Source of the DNA: Takakia lepidozioides | Lineage: Eukaryota > Plantae > Bryophyta | Direction of reading: 5' to 3' | NCBI GenBank assembly: GCA_030704615.1 | Contig: CM060734.1 | Location: 6,386,001-6,450,000 of the forward strand | Length of the DNA: 64,000 nt | Translations under genes and position numbers: made by a program | Shown here: positions 38,664 through 48,414 of the stretch, piece by piece | Layout: each line of letters opens with the position of its first letter | How positions within the stretch are numbered: position 1 is the stretch's first letter | Notes under the pieces: generated by a model | Seen by the model: only the letters and a program-made list of their open reading frames with translations | Told to the model about the DNA's origin: nothing | Database searches by the model: none

Positions 38664-39770
38664 CTAGCCTGGGCGCAACTCAAGATGCAAGTCATAACAC
38701 TGGGCATCTCCATGCCCATACTTGCCACAATGCCCACACTGCAACTGTGCAGGCTGTGCTTGTGCCGGCCTTCTGCCACTCTCTGGGCAATCTCTCTTGA
38801 CATGGGGTCCTCCACATGTCCAACATATCACCCCTGGTTGCTGTTGGCCTGCAAAAGATGCCACGGGCCTCTGCACCTGAGGTCCCCTGTAAGCTCCATG
38901 GAACTTGGGTTGGGAAACCTTGCCCCCCTGACCACGCTGCTGGGCAGTACCTTGTGCCTGTGGGCTGGCAGCTGCGCCTCGTGCAGGCATGTCCTTGCCA
39001 AATCCAATGGTGACAACTCGCTCCTCCACCATGTTGAGCTCAATCCGCTCAGCCAGCAGAAACACATCTGTTAATGTGGGTTGGGCTGCTTGTAACAAGG
39101 TTGCATCTCGCACCCTTCTCTTGAGCTCCTTGTCCAGAATTCCATACCAAAACTGGATTGCATGAGCTTCAGTAACCCCTTGGGTCACACTTATCAAGCG
39201 CCTCATACGAGTGTACGCCTCTCGCAGGCTCTCACTGGGTTTGCGCTGGAAGTCTTGCAAACTTCGCAGCTTCTCTGTCCGTACACCTTGGTAATCAGGT
39301 GACCAATACATCCTCCACTCCTCAATCTCCGCTTCATGTCCTCGCCTGAACTCGTGGTAATCGTCCATAGGCGGGCCTTCCAAATGCTGGAACAGTCCCT
39401 TCCACGCCATGAATGGAGTGAACAGTTGTGGATTACGCATCTGCTGCAAATCACACCAGTTGTCGAACTCCTGGATAAAGTCATCCAGCTCAATTGTGCC
39501 CACAGCTCCAGAGTACCTACGAGGCCCCTTGGTAGCTCCATACATCTCCTCCATGTCGTCCCACAACAATGGCGAATGAAACTGCACACCTGTTGATGAA
39601 GCCTCCGAGTCTGTGTCTGACTCTGCACTAGTTGAGGGTGGAGGTGAAGGTGGTCTGAAACGAACACCTCGTCTGGTGAACCCACTCTCACTGCTACTGC
39701 CTATAGCCGTACTCCCCTCAGAACCCCTGGGTAACTCCGTGATGACACTCACAATGTGCACCTCCCCCAC
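38664..39770 (-). CDS. gag with two zinc knuckles
   Basis: Retrotransposon gag-like RKPSESLREAYTRM; CWTCGGPHVKRDC and CGHCGKYGHGDAQC. Confidence 0.88.
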   Translation of the reverse strand: MGEVHIVSVITELPRGSEGSTAIGSSSESGFTRRGVRFRPPSPPPSTSAESDTDSEASSTGVQFHSPLLWDDMEEMYGATKGPRRYSGAVGTIELDDFIQEFDNWCDLQQMRNPQLFTPFMAWKGLFQHLEGPPMDDYHEFRRGHEAEIEEWRMYWSPDYQGVRTEKLRSLQDFQRKPSESLREAYTRMRRLISVTQGVTEAHAIQFWYGILDKELKRRVRDATLLQAAQPTLTDVFLLAERIELNMVEERVVTIGFGKDMPARGAAASPQAQGTAQQRGQGGKVSQPKFHGAYRGPQVQRPVASFAGQQQPGVICWTCGGPHVKRDCPESGRRPAQAQPAQLQCGHCGKYGHGDAQCYDLHLELRPG

Positions 39771-40279
39771 GTGACACTATAAGGCTCTATTACTAATTCT
39801 AATAGTGACACGGGTAGGCACCTGTTGCAGTTTAAGGGTCATATCCCAGTGGCTCAGGGCACCTGCACCTGCATCCACCGCAAGAACTCCTATGGTTGGG
39901 TGGTCATCAACCCAGCCTCACCATAGAAGAAACACTGGTGGTCTTGCTGGTCATCACTCCAGCCTCACCACCGACAGCATACTCTAGGATTGACCGGTGA
40001 TCAAATCCGGCCTAATCCCTATGAAAGCAAGCGCCCACACAAAACCAACATGGCGCACAGTCAAGCATGCAGGTGTTGGGGGGGATCCAAACACAAGAAA
40101 TCAAAGCATCAACACCCCCACACCAAAATCCAGCAGCAACGCTGATCCTGCAGAATATCCCAGCCCAAAACCCCGGACTGACTGGCCTCCACCAAGAGAG
40201 GCTTTGGCAACTACAAGTACAAGGTAATGAAAATAGTACAGAGATGGAGGGGAAGAATAGAAGCCCGACCCAGCAAGAT

Positions 40280-40948
40280 CTAATCCTGATCTATGCTATC
40301 AACTGCCAGACTTCTCTCAAAGTGCCTCGTTCTGCATGATGGTAAGGTAGTAGAGACAAAGCAACACTCTGCTATCTCCCGCTCACTGAACACTAAAGAA
40401 AACAAAGGTAGGGTCTGATAGTCTCTCAACTCGAAAGCTTTGAGACGGTTGCGGGTGTCCTCATTGCGAATGACTGCATCTCCTTCAAACAGAACAAACT
40501 TGTCATCGCTAATGAACCCCCGCTCGTGGTTGCCTTGTGCAGAGCGTGTCCGGCTGCAACGTTGTCTGATTGCACAAACTTGTGTAGCTCCTTCTCCTCT
40601 GCTCCAGTACACCACAGCCTTGTGGCTGAACACCTTGGTCCCCGGGGCTGTCTTTGGCTGTGTTCCAAGCCTAGCTTTCACCCACTTTGGTATTTCACTT
40701 ACAGCTGCAGAACTGCTGGCTCCAACAGAGTTCTGACTGTCCAAAGCGATATTGAGGCCCTCAACGCCAACTACAGCAGTCTGTTGTCTACTGCTAATGC
40801 CTGACTCCCAGTATGCAATCAACTCGTCCAATTGTTCTCCACTCAAATCAGTCTGAGTTCCTTGGGAAACATAAATCCTGTCCCCTTGTGTGCATAGGCT
40901 AAGAGAGAAGACCTGCCTTTCAATTACGTCCTCATTTCCCCCAGCCAT
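40280..40948 (-). CDS. Hypothetical 222-aa ORF upstream of gag inside the DNMT-Ty3 element
   Basis: ATG-initiated, uninterrupted, same strand as gag-pol. No motif recognised. Confidence 0.4.
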   Translation of the reverse strand: MAGGNEDVIERQVFSLSLCTQGDRIYVSQGTQTDLSGEQLDELIAYWESGISSRQQTAVVGVEGLNIALDSQNSVGASSSAAVSEIPKWVKARLGTQPKTAPGTKVFSHKAVVYWSRGEGATQVCAIRQRCSRTRSAQGNHERGFISDDKFVLFEGDAVIRNEDTRNRLKAFELRDYQTLPLFSLVFSEREIAECCFVSTTLPSCRTRHFERSLAVDSIDQD

Positions 40949-42439
40949 ACAAGGAGGACATCCACAGATTTGTCTCTCAAATAGACCAGAACAGGTTCTA
41001 GAAACAGAATTGTGGATCTTTCACAGCACACTCACACTCTAAAAATTCCATAGATTTTTAGCAGAGTCCCAAAAACAAAAACCAGGTCTAGCTAGGTAGA
41101 TATCCCCTTTCTGCAGCTATCCCCCCAAAAACTGAGTCAAACGGAGCTCATTTGACAAAGATATGACCAACCAGGCTCTTTAAACCTAACACATTTTTCT
41201 TTTCTTTCCTTTTTAAAAAAATAAAATAAGACAACAAATACAAAGAAAACTCTTTTAAAATAAAAATAAAAATACTTGTCTTGGTTCCTGTTCCCTGGTT
41301 ATCTACAGGTTCCCGAGGCCGTTCCCCTCACACTGTGAGCACACTACTGCCCCATTCCGGTGCAGTTCGAGCATAGAATGCTGTCGACTTTGCTGGACTG
41401 TGGTGTCTGGACGCACACACGCCCCCGACCTGTTCTACACTGCGGAGGACCACCATCACCGCATTCCGAGCGCACTCCACAGCAGCAATCTTCCGTGAGA
41501 GAGAGAGAGCTATGGCGGGACTTACAACAACAGCACAGGGCATCACAGCGTCCTTGACATCAGCGGCATGGTGTTGGTGTCCTCAGGTGCAGCTCACAAT
41601 AAGGCCGATCTCGCATGGAGCAACCTCCTCTGCAAATGCTGCTCGGCTGCCCTAATGGATCATGCATCAATCCTTTCAGTCCTCATCAATCCTCTAGTTT
41701 GTGCAGGTTTTGATACGGTTTGCTTCAATAATGGCTGCCTGTGCTGCATCTTCCTGGGTGGCCACTGGCATTCCCACTCTGTCCGGAAGCAAGAAGATTG
41801 CAAGAGTGGCCTCCGTCCAGGCTTGCTTCTCCGGCCTGCGATCTGGCAACCGACTGGATTCCTTGGCAGTGCCTTCAGTGTTGGTGATGGGTCTCGTGCA
41901 CCGGTCAAGCATGTCCCTCCCTATGCTTCATTCTTTCTCTTTTCGCAGGTTACAACTATATCTCCCTTTAATCCTCTCGCACGGTTGGGCAGAGAGCTGA
42001 GGCAGCTTCTTCTTCAAGAAATGTTATCTCAATCACAATTTGGGTCGTTCGACAGAGTATCCGAGTTGGCTTGTACATCTTTGAAGCCTTCCTCCTCTTC
42101 ACAGGCCGCTTCGAGTGCTCTCGGTTTGCAGCACCTTCTTCCTATCTCTTCTTCCTATCAGCCAGCCCAAACTGCACTTTACACCGTCAACTCCCGTAGT
42201 TCAACTCCAGCATATATCTCCTCCAAAATTCAACATTGCTGATTCACCTCTGGCCCAGGCAGTAACAGGCCCAGCCCATACGTTGCTCGCCAGGCCAGGC
42301 CACCACCTGCGCATCACCAACGCCCCCACATAGGGCCCTACTGCAGCAGCAAACAACGTCGCCAATGAGTAATCACACAGTGCAATCGTCGACACCACAC
42401 CAGGGACAACACCAACCTTGCTCACTCCTCGAACACCAG

Positions 42440-42640
42440 CTCGCCCAAACGTCTATCAGGCACCTCGTGTGTGCAAAGCATGGCCACATCCATCAGCTGC
42501 AGCAGCAGCTTGTTAATACATGTGGTCTTCAGCAGGTTCACATCAAGAACTTGCCTGGCCAGCTCTGGCTTCGCCAATGCTTGCCGCACCCACTGTGAGC
42601 TGTTCACGCCCTCACTGACCAGAACGAAGGCTGCTTCCTC
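42440..42640 (-). pseudogene. Captured receptor-like kinase C-terminal fragment
   Basis: EGVNSSQWVRQALAKPELARQVLDVNLL...LLQLMDVAMLCTHEVPDRR resembles RLK subdomains X-XI (GVDLP.WV...EVFD..L...MLQIAM.C....PD.RP). Confidence 0.65.
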
Positions 42641-42912
42641 GCAGTATAGCTCCGTCCCGCCCCTGCGGCCTCATGCCAGAACCAACGCTATCCTTACCAG
42701 TGGAAAGACACCAGTTCTTTGCCCCTGCTTGACATGCAGCCTGCCTCCATGGACCATCTATATACCCAGAAACCAGAGATGATCGAAACCTGCATGTTTC
42801 TTTTTGTTTTGTTTTTTTTTTTTTTTAAGCTTCTCAAACTAAGCATTACTTCACAGAGGTAATCATACAAGTGCTAACCCTCAACTCCTACCTTGCACTC
42901 ACAAGTAAGAAG

Positions 42913-42926
42913 TCATCTCTCTCGAG
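42913..42926 (-). promoter_or_regulatory. Self-priming-type PBS
   Basis: Abuts the 5' repeat end, lacks a TGG tRNA-type start, and is a perfect 14-nt inverted match to 43111-43124 inside the repeat. Confidence 0.75.
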
Positions 42927-43265
42927 TGATAAGAAAACCCAAGAACACACTGTTGACACAAAACATGAAAACCAAACCATCACTCTTAGAAATAGTAGTC
43001 GAGCCAGGGGCACCCCAAGCTATGGGGACTCCACCCCACAACAACCTACACTCCCATCATGAGTACACTCAGATCTAAACGCATGCAGGAGCTCGGTCGC
43101 GCAGGCTCAACTCGAGAGAGATGAGCTGCGCGACTGCCGCTCTTGTGAAGATAAGACGGACCAGGTGTCAAATTAAACTTGACACCTGATTTAACACTTG
43201 ACCTAAATCCAAGTGTTAAATACAAATAACTAGCTGTTTTCACACTGTGCTTATTTAACTTGACA
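42927..43265 (-). repeat. 5' terminal repeat B
   Basis: Direct repeat of 31956-32302; reads tgtcaag...ttatca on the minus strand. Confidence 0.92.
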
Positions 43266-43847
43266 CCCTTAACGACCTCAGGGAGGTCGGTCGGGCGTCG
43301 CTACCCCCCCCAATTGCTGTAGTGTTTCTTATAAGAAGAGATTATAGATTTATATGGCCCCCCTGAGGTCATACTAACGAATGATGACATGGAATGGGTG
43401 GGGGGATTTTCTTTGACACGTGAAGATCTTGGCATCAGGCATGTGAGGAAGGGTTCTGAACATGGAGGTGTTGTCAAATGGGTAATGGAGACTTTGCACA
43501 CGGGGATAGTTGCCCTGGATGAGTTACTGGAGTAGAGTGGGATGAGGGCCTTTGTATAACTGTCATGAAGCACCAAATGTCTATGCAATGCAGGGACAAT
43601 CCTCTTTTTTCCCTTCCATCCAACGACGCTACCGCGTGAGCGTGTGAGCGTACGCTCACACAATGATGACGTGGCGTGAGCCTACGCTCACGCTGCTGAC
43701 ATGGCGCTGATGCTGACGTGGCGTGAGCCTGGTCCAGGTCATGCCACGTCACCACAAAGAAGGTGGGCCTATAACCGTGGAGCCCCCAACTGCTGATTTC
43801 ACCACATGAAGGTGAAACGGATGAAGGGTTTTGGGCTTCTGGAGTTC

Positions 43848-44079
43848 AACCTTCTGTTAACAGGAGCTTCATTTCGTAGAACTGAAATGAACCTCGTGTC
43901 GACACAAGGGGGATTTGGAGAACTTCAACAAAACCTCGTGTTAACACAAGGTTGTTTTCCTGGAACAAAAATGAACTTCGTGTTGACACGATGTTGTTTT
44001 CTGAGAACTAAAATCATCCTTGTGTCAACACAAGGAGGATTTGGAGAACTTCAAGTAAACCTCGTGTTGAGACGAGGTT
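43848..44079. repeat. 42-bp-period tandem array of six palindromes (AACCTYGTGTYRACACRAGGTT-like)
   Basis: Starts at 43848, 43890, 43932, 43974, 44016 and 44058. Confidence 0.9.
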
Positions 44080-44261
44080 GATTTGATCATCTGTCTATCT
44101 GAAGGTAGTTTCTTGTGTTTGCTAATGAAAAGAGAATGACAAACCAATGCGACAAATGCATTGACCCACGCATAGCAAAGATGTTAGACGTCATACATTG
44201 AGAGTCACTGGACTTGAACAGTCATTCCATTACAAGTTGTAGTCAAGGAAAACACCGATTT

Positions 44262-47200
44262 TTATGGGCTTGTATCCCGCTGTAGAAGTGTGTTGACTTC
44301 GTTGAAACTCATAGTGGCTTGGTGAATGAAGAAGTCGCGCTTTGGATCACAAACCATCCTTCTCAAGAAGACGAAGTAAAGGTGTTTGCACGGTATGAAC
44401 TTCCCTCTCTTTCCCAAACTACTTGAAAGCATACCAACAAAATCTGGACATGTACAATTGGGAAAATTGGAAACAGTGATTTCGTACGTCCTGTCCTGCA
44501 GCGCAGATGCGGATGAGATCATGGTGAAGACCCGACCATACCCTGGATCAGGCACTTCCATTGTTCCCGCAACACGAGCGTGAAGCATTCTGGCGGACTC
44601 AATTTTGCCGTAGTGTTCTGCGGTTGGAGGGAATCGTCGAACAAGCTTCCCGTTCCGTCTGGTTGGCCACAAGTGAGCGTCAGGCGGAGGTACCCGTGAA
44701 CCGCTTCCACTTGAAGCACCTTCACGTGCAATGGAATGTCTGGCTAGGGAGAAACCCGCCTCTTCCAGCATTGCAATCTCTCGGTGAGTGAGACCTGTGC
44801 CCATCTTCACAGGCCACACGGTTGGTGGAGTAGGCTTCCTTACCACGGAAGGCCTCACTGTACCATGCACACATCTCCCACAATCGTCAGCGCAGAACCA
44901 GAACTTGTGGTTCTTTGCCTCGCCTTGTCCGTAAGGGAGAAACAAACCCGTGAATGTAGGAGCTGCAGTGCGTTCTTTCCCTCTGGAGATTAATGATGTA
45001 CATTTTTCATGATTGGTGGCCCTGATCGCCGCGCATTTCACACGAGATCCAGCACTTGTGCGTTCTATATGCCAAACCTCGTCCAAGCCCATGGACTCGA
45101 TTATATGCGGCACCACGTTCTGGTCTTCAACCATTGCAGTGACAATGCTTGATGCAGGGGTCCGGTCTGGGCCAGAGTAGCCCTCACCTGTGGATGTTCC
45201 GCAATTCCATCTCTGATCCAAGGGAACACGTGGCGTCGAGAAGTTCACCCTGTCCGGCCTATGGGAATCTGCATCCGATCCGGGAGGGGTGTCCAATTTC
45301 CGTTTGCAAGACCCGAATCTCTCTTCGCCTTCCAGATGGGGAACTCTTCCCACGAGAGGGGTGCCATCTGCACATATGCTCACTGCCCGCGCTATTTTGC
45401 TGGGATCCCCTGATCTTCCAGCTGCCCGCAACATCAACTCGCTCCTGTCCGGACCTTTGCCACCAAGGCCACCCCTCAAGAATGACCTATATCTGGTTTG
45501 CTGCTGCAGAGCACGAATGAGGTCATCGGCCGTCGCCGCATACAAATCTCTCCTTTTTTGCCGGATTGCTGCAACCAGGCATTGTGCACTGTCTCTGCAA
45601 GATTGCAAGAAGGCATGTCCGCCATCTCCTCAATGGACATATGCTGCAAGGAAAAAAAACAGAAAGCCGATATTAGGATTGGACCCTGAAAGATATATCC
45701 GAAGCACCCAAACGAAGGTGAATACAAACCACTCACCGTTGTCATGGCCGCTCCCCACTGTCGGTAACGGAAGTGCCAAAATGCGAACCAGTCTTGCAGT
45801 GCCCTCATGCTGTCCTCCGATGCCGCTCCAGATGAGTACCACCAGGCACGAATTGTCTGGAACAATGTATTCGCTTCCCCCATAGTTTTGGCGTCCTTGT
45901 ACTGGTTGCACAGTTGGCGATGCATAGTCTGCATATCTGGCTTGATGTATGTCTTTGTGTGTTTGTCCAGGGATTGTGTCCAATGGAAAAGACATGTACG
46001 TTCTCTTCCAGGCATTGGCACTTTTGGGTCTCCCGTCCCGAACACAATGCGGACAGCGTTGAAGTTAGCTTGAGCACTATCGGCCATGAAACCAACGAAA
46101 TTGGGAGATGGGAGACCATTGGAGGCCATAACTCGAATGAGAGCTTCCCACATGAGCTGTTGTGAATCTGTGTCCTCTGACTGCATGTCACACACTGCAA
46201 TTGTCATGACCCGCTGGTACACAGGGTCGTAAACATGACATGCCATTGTGGTCCAGTCTTTAACCCTCTTGACATGATCGAACATAAGGAAGCAGTTGCC
46301 AAGATCACCACCCTTCTGCATACGTTTAACCAGGCTGACCCCGCTGCCCTCACCTTTTGTGGACATTTTGAACAAGAACACTTTCCTGGCTCCTTGTCCC
46401 GGGAAAACGCTGTCTTGGATGTAGTCATACATGCTCCTTTTCTTCAAATCCATAATATTGTCCATATAACCTCGGCTCCCAGAGCCCATTCTTAAAGCGT
46501 TCACCTGATTCCTAATGTTTGGAGAAGTCAAAGTTGAGAAATGGTCCATAACAGTGTCCAAAGCCGATCCCTCCAGTATTCCTCCAACCGAATTTGATGC
46601 ACACAGAATACGGCTTTCCAGAAAGGACTTGCTCGCCCCCATGGCAATTGCAGATGTGGTTCCAGTTGGATTGGTATCCAACTCTTGCCTTATCAGACGC
46701 GAGACTGTGTCAACGCTCTCCCTATAATCCCCCTTGGACACAGGGTGGTTGTGAAAACCGAAATGGACACAGGCTCTAGTCAGGGTTTTGAATCGATGCA
46801 CCACATAATACATTCTGGCGCCACACAAAGCAAGGCAGCAAGGTGGTACCCTACAGAACTTGCACACAAAAGTGTTACTGTATGGTGGTGTCACCCCAGG
46901 CTTGAATGGATTCTCACTGACACCATCCCATTCGCTTTGGTTTTGCACACCTGACAATGCGAAGTGTCTGCATTTCATGTTCTCGCATTTCAGGTGCCCA
47001 TTACAGACTGTTCGCCTGAATATGAGTTTGTCGTTGTTGTGAATATTGGAGGTTTTTGTGCGGCACCAAGGGTGCCCATCGTGCTTTTTGTCCATTCCTT
47101 CCAGGAGACTAGAAATGCCCCCCAAGCGACCAGGAGGAGGCAGCTCGAAAACAGTATTACCATCAAAAGATTCCGGCAAGAATGCCACCCTCTGAATATT

Positions 47201-47757
47201 GAAAGTGCTCCAGTCTATCCCCCTCAACTCACTCTTGAATCCTGCCATCCCTCCCATGGCTTTCAGTTTAGGAATGACACTGGTGATCTCCTCCACATCT
47301 GCTTCTACAGGTGGACATGGCTGATCCACGGGCGGTATTGCACATGTGTCATCGGAGGATGAGTCCGAAAGCTCAACTACAGTGTTAACGGTACTCGTCT
47401 CCTTCTTGACAACCACGGGTGTTTTCTCCTGGGCCACGCCGTGCCAGGAGTAACGAAAGATCCTGCAGACTGTCTCAGAGGGGCACTGAGCACCCTGTAT
47501 CTGCCTGGAGGCACTCTCCATTGTGTGGCTGGTGCAGTATGCGAAGGTTTCTGGAACACGTACTTGAGCAGTTTTCCATTGGCATCGTACACTTCCCTTT
47601 GAAGGAATAGAGTTCCATTTTCCAACCGAAACTGCGTTGCGAGGACGTGTTCATGCACCAGCGCAAAACCATCATCTTCCACCTCGTAAGAAAATGGCAC
47701 AGGGTGGTCCTCACTGAAGAAGTCCGCGTCAAGGGAGCCCATGGCCTGGGAGGCCAT
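44262..47757 (-). pseudogene. MULE-family DDE transposase 3 with SWIM finger (few frameshifts)
   Basis: HDGHPWC, CNGHLKCENMKC, MFDHVKR, FMADSAQANF, ERTCLFHW, intron 45644-45736 (gtgagt...ttgcag), SCNLAETVH, CTCPDF...CKHLYFVF. Confidence 0.9.
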
Positions 47758-48414
47758 ATGTCGATGTTGCTTCAGAAAGTAGAGTTCACAGTCCGACGGT
47801 GCTTGTGAATGCAAATTGTGTGGGAGCGGAGTTTTTGGCGTCCTCACAGAGAATTGCAGGTATCGCTCCGGCTTGCAGATCTCCTAACGCGGGTTTCCAC
47901 TTCTGTGAAATGTCTCCCCATGCAAACCAAGCGCATGGTCACAGAGTGCCCAAATACGGAGTATTAATGTCAGCCCTAATCCTAGAATCCAACTGTTTTT
48001 TCACAAGTGCCCCACCAGTGCATTCGTTGACAGATTGACTGACAGAGCCGCCGTTTGGTTGTCATGTCAGAGAGGCCAGAAGAGATGCCCATTTCCATTT
48101 AATTTTAACGGCACCTGCACCGCTGTACAACTGTACATACTTGACATTCCTCTGGAACATGCCAGAATAATGAACTTTTTCAGATGGGAGGTGATTAGAC
48201 CCCAACGGTTTTTGAATGGATGAGGATCCAATGATCTCCGCCGATATTTCATAACGATTAGATGGACACGTGTTCGCCATGCATGTGGAATGAGTCAGTG
48301 GCGCACTGAACGTTGCGAGCGAACATCTTGGCGTTGAAGGCCTTGCGATGAACCTCCCATAGTCCTCTTTTTTCCCTCTTCTCGTTATTGTCTTTGCAAC
48401 CCTGGATTCTGCAG

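Larger units (their letters stand above)
31871..43265 (-). mobile_element. Ty3/Gypsy retrotransposon encoding a DNMT3-like C5 methyltransferase and a PHD finger, with permuted terminal repeats
   Basis: gag-PR-DNMT-RT-RH-INT-PHD on the minus strand. TG...CA outer ends with near-TSD CCCCT/CCCTT. Repeat B at 31956-32302 and 42927-43265; repeat A at 31871-31955 and 32305-32389. Confidence 0.92.
31390..43324. mobile_element. Right end of a CACTA-like DNA transposon (31390-31870 plus 43266-43324), split by the DNMT-Ty3 insertion
   Basis: Terminus caattgctgTAGTG (reverse complement CACTAcagcaattg) at 43311-43324. Dense gcgacccc/ggggtcgc subterminal repeats. Left end not found. Confidence 0.65.

Noticed and set aside
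31871-43265. DIRS/Ngaro classification because of split repeats and a methyltransferase
   Set aside because: It encodes an aspartic protease and an H2C2-rve DDE integrase, I see no tyrosine recombinase, and the MTase is C5-type.
43848-44079. CRISPR-like array (palindromic repeats at regular spacing)
   Set aside because: The 20-bp spacers are related to each other (a tandem repeat), the repeats are degenerate, there are no cas genes, and the context is eukaryotic.
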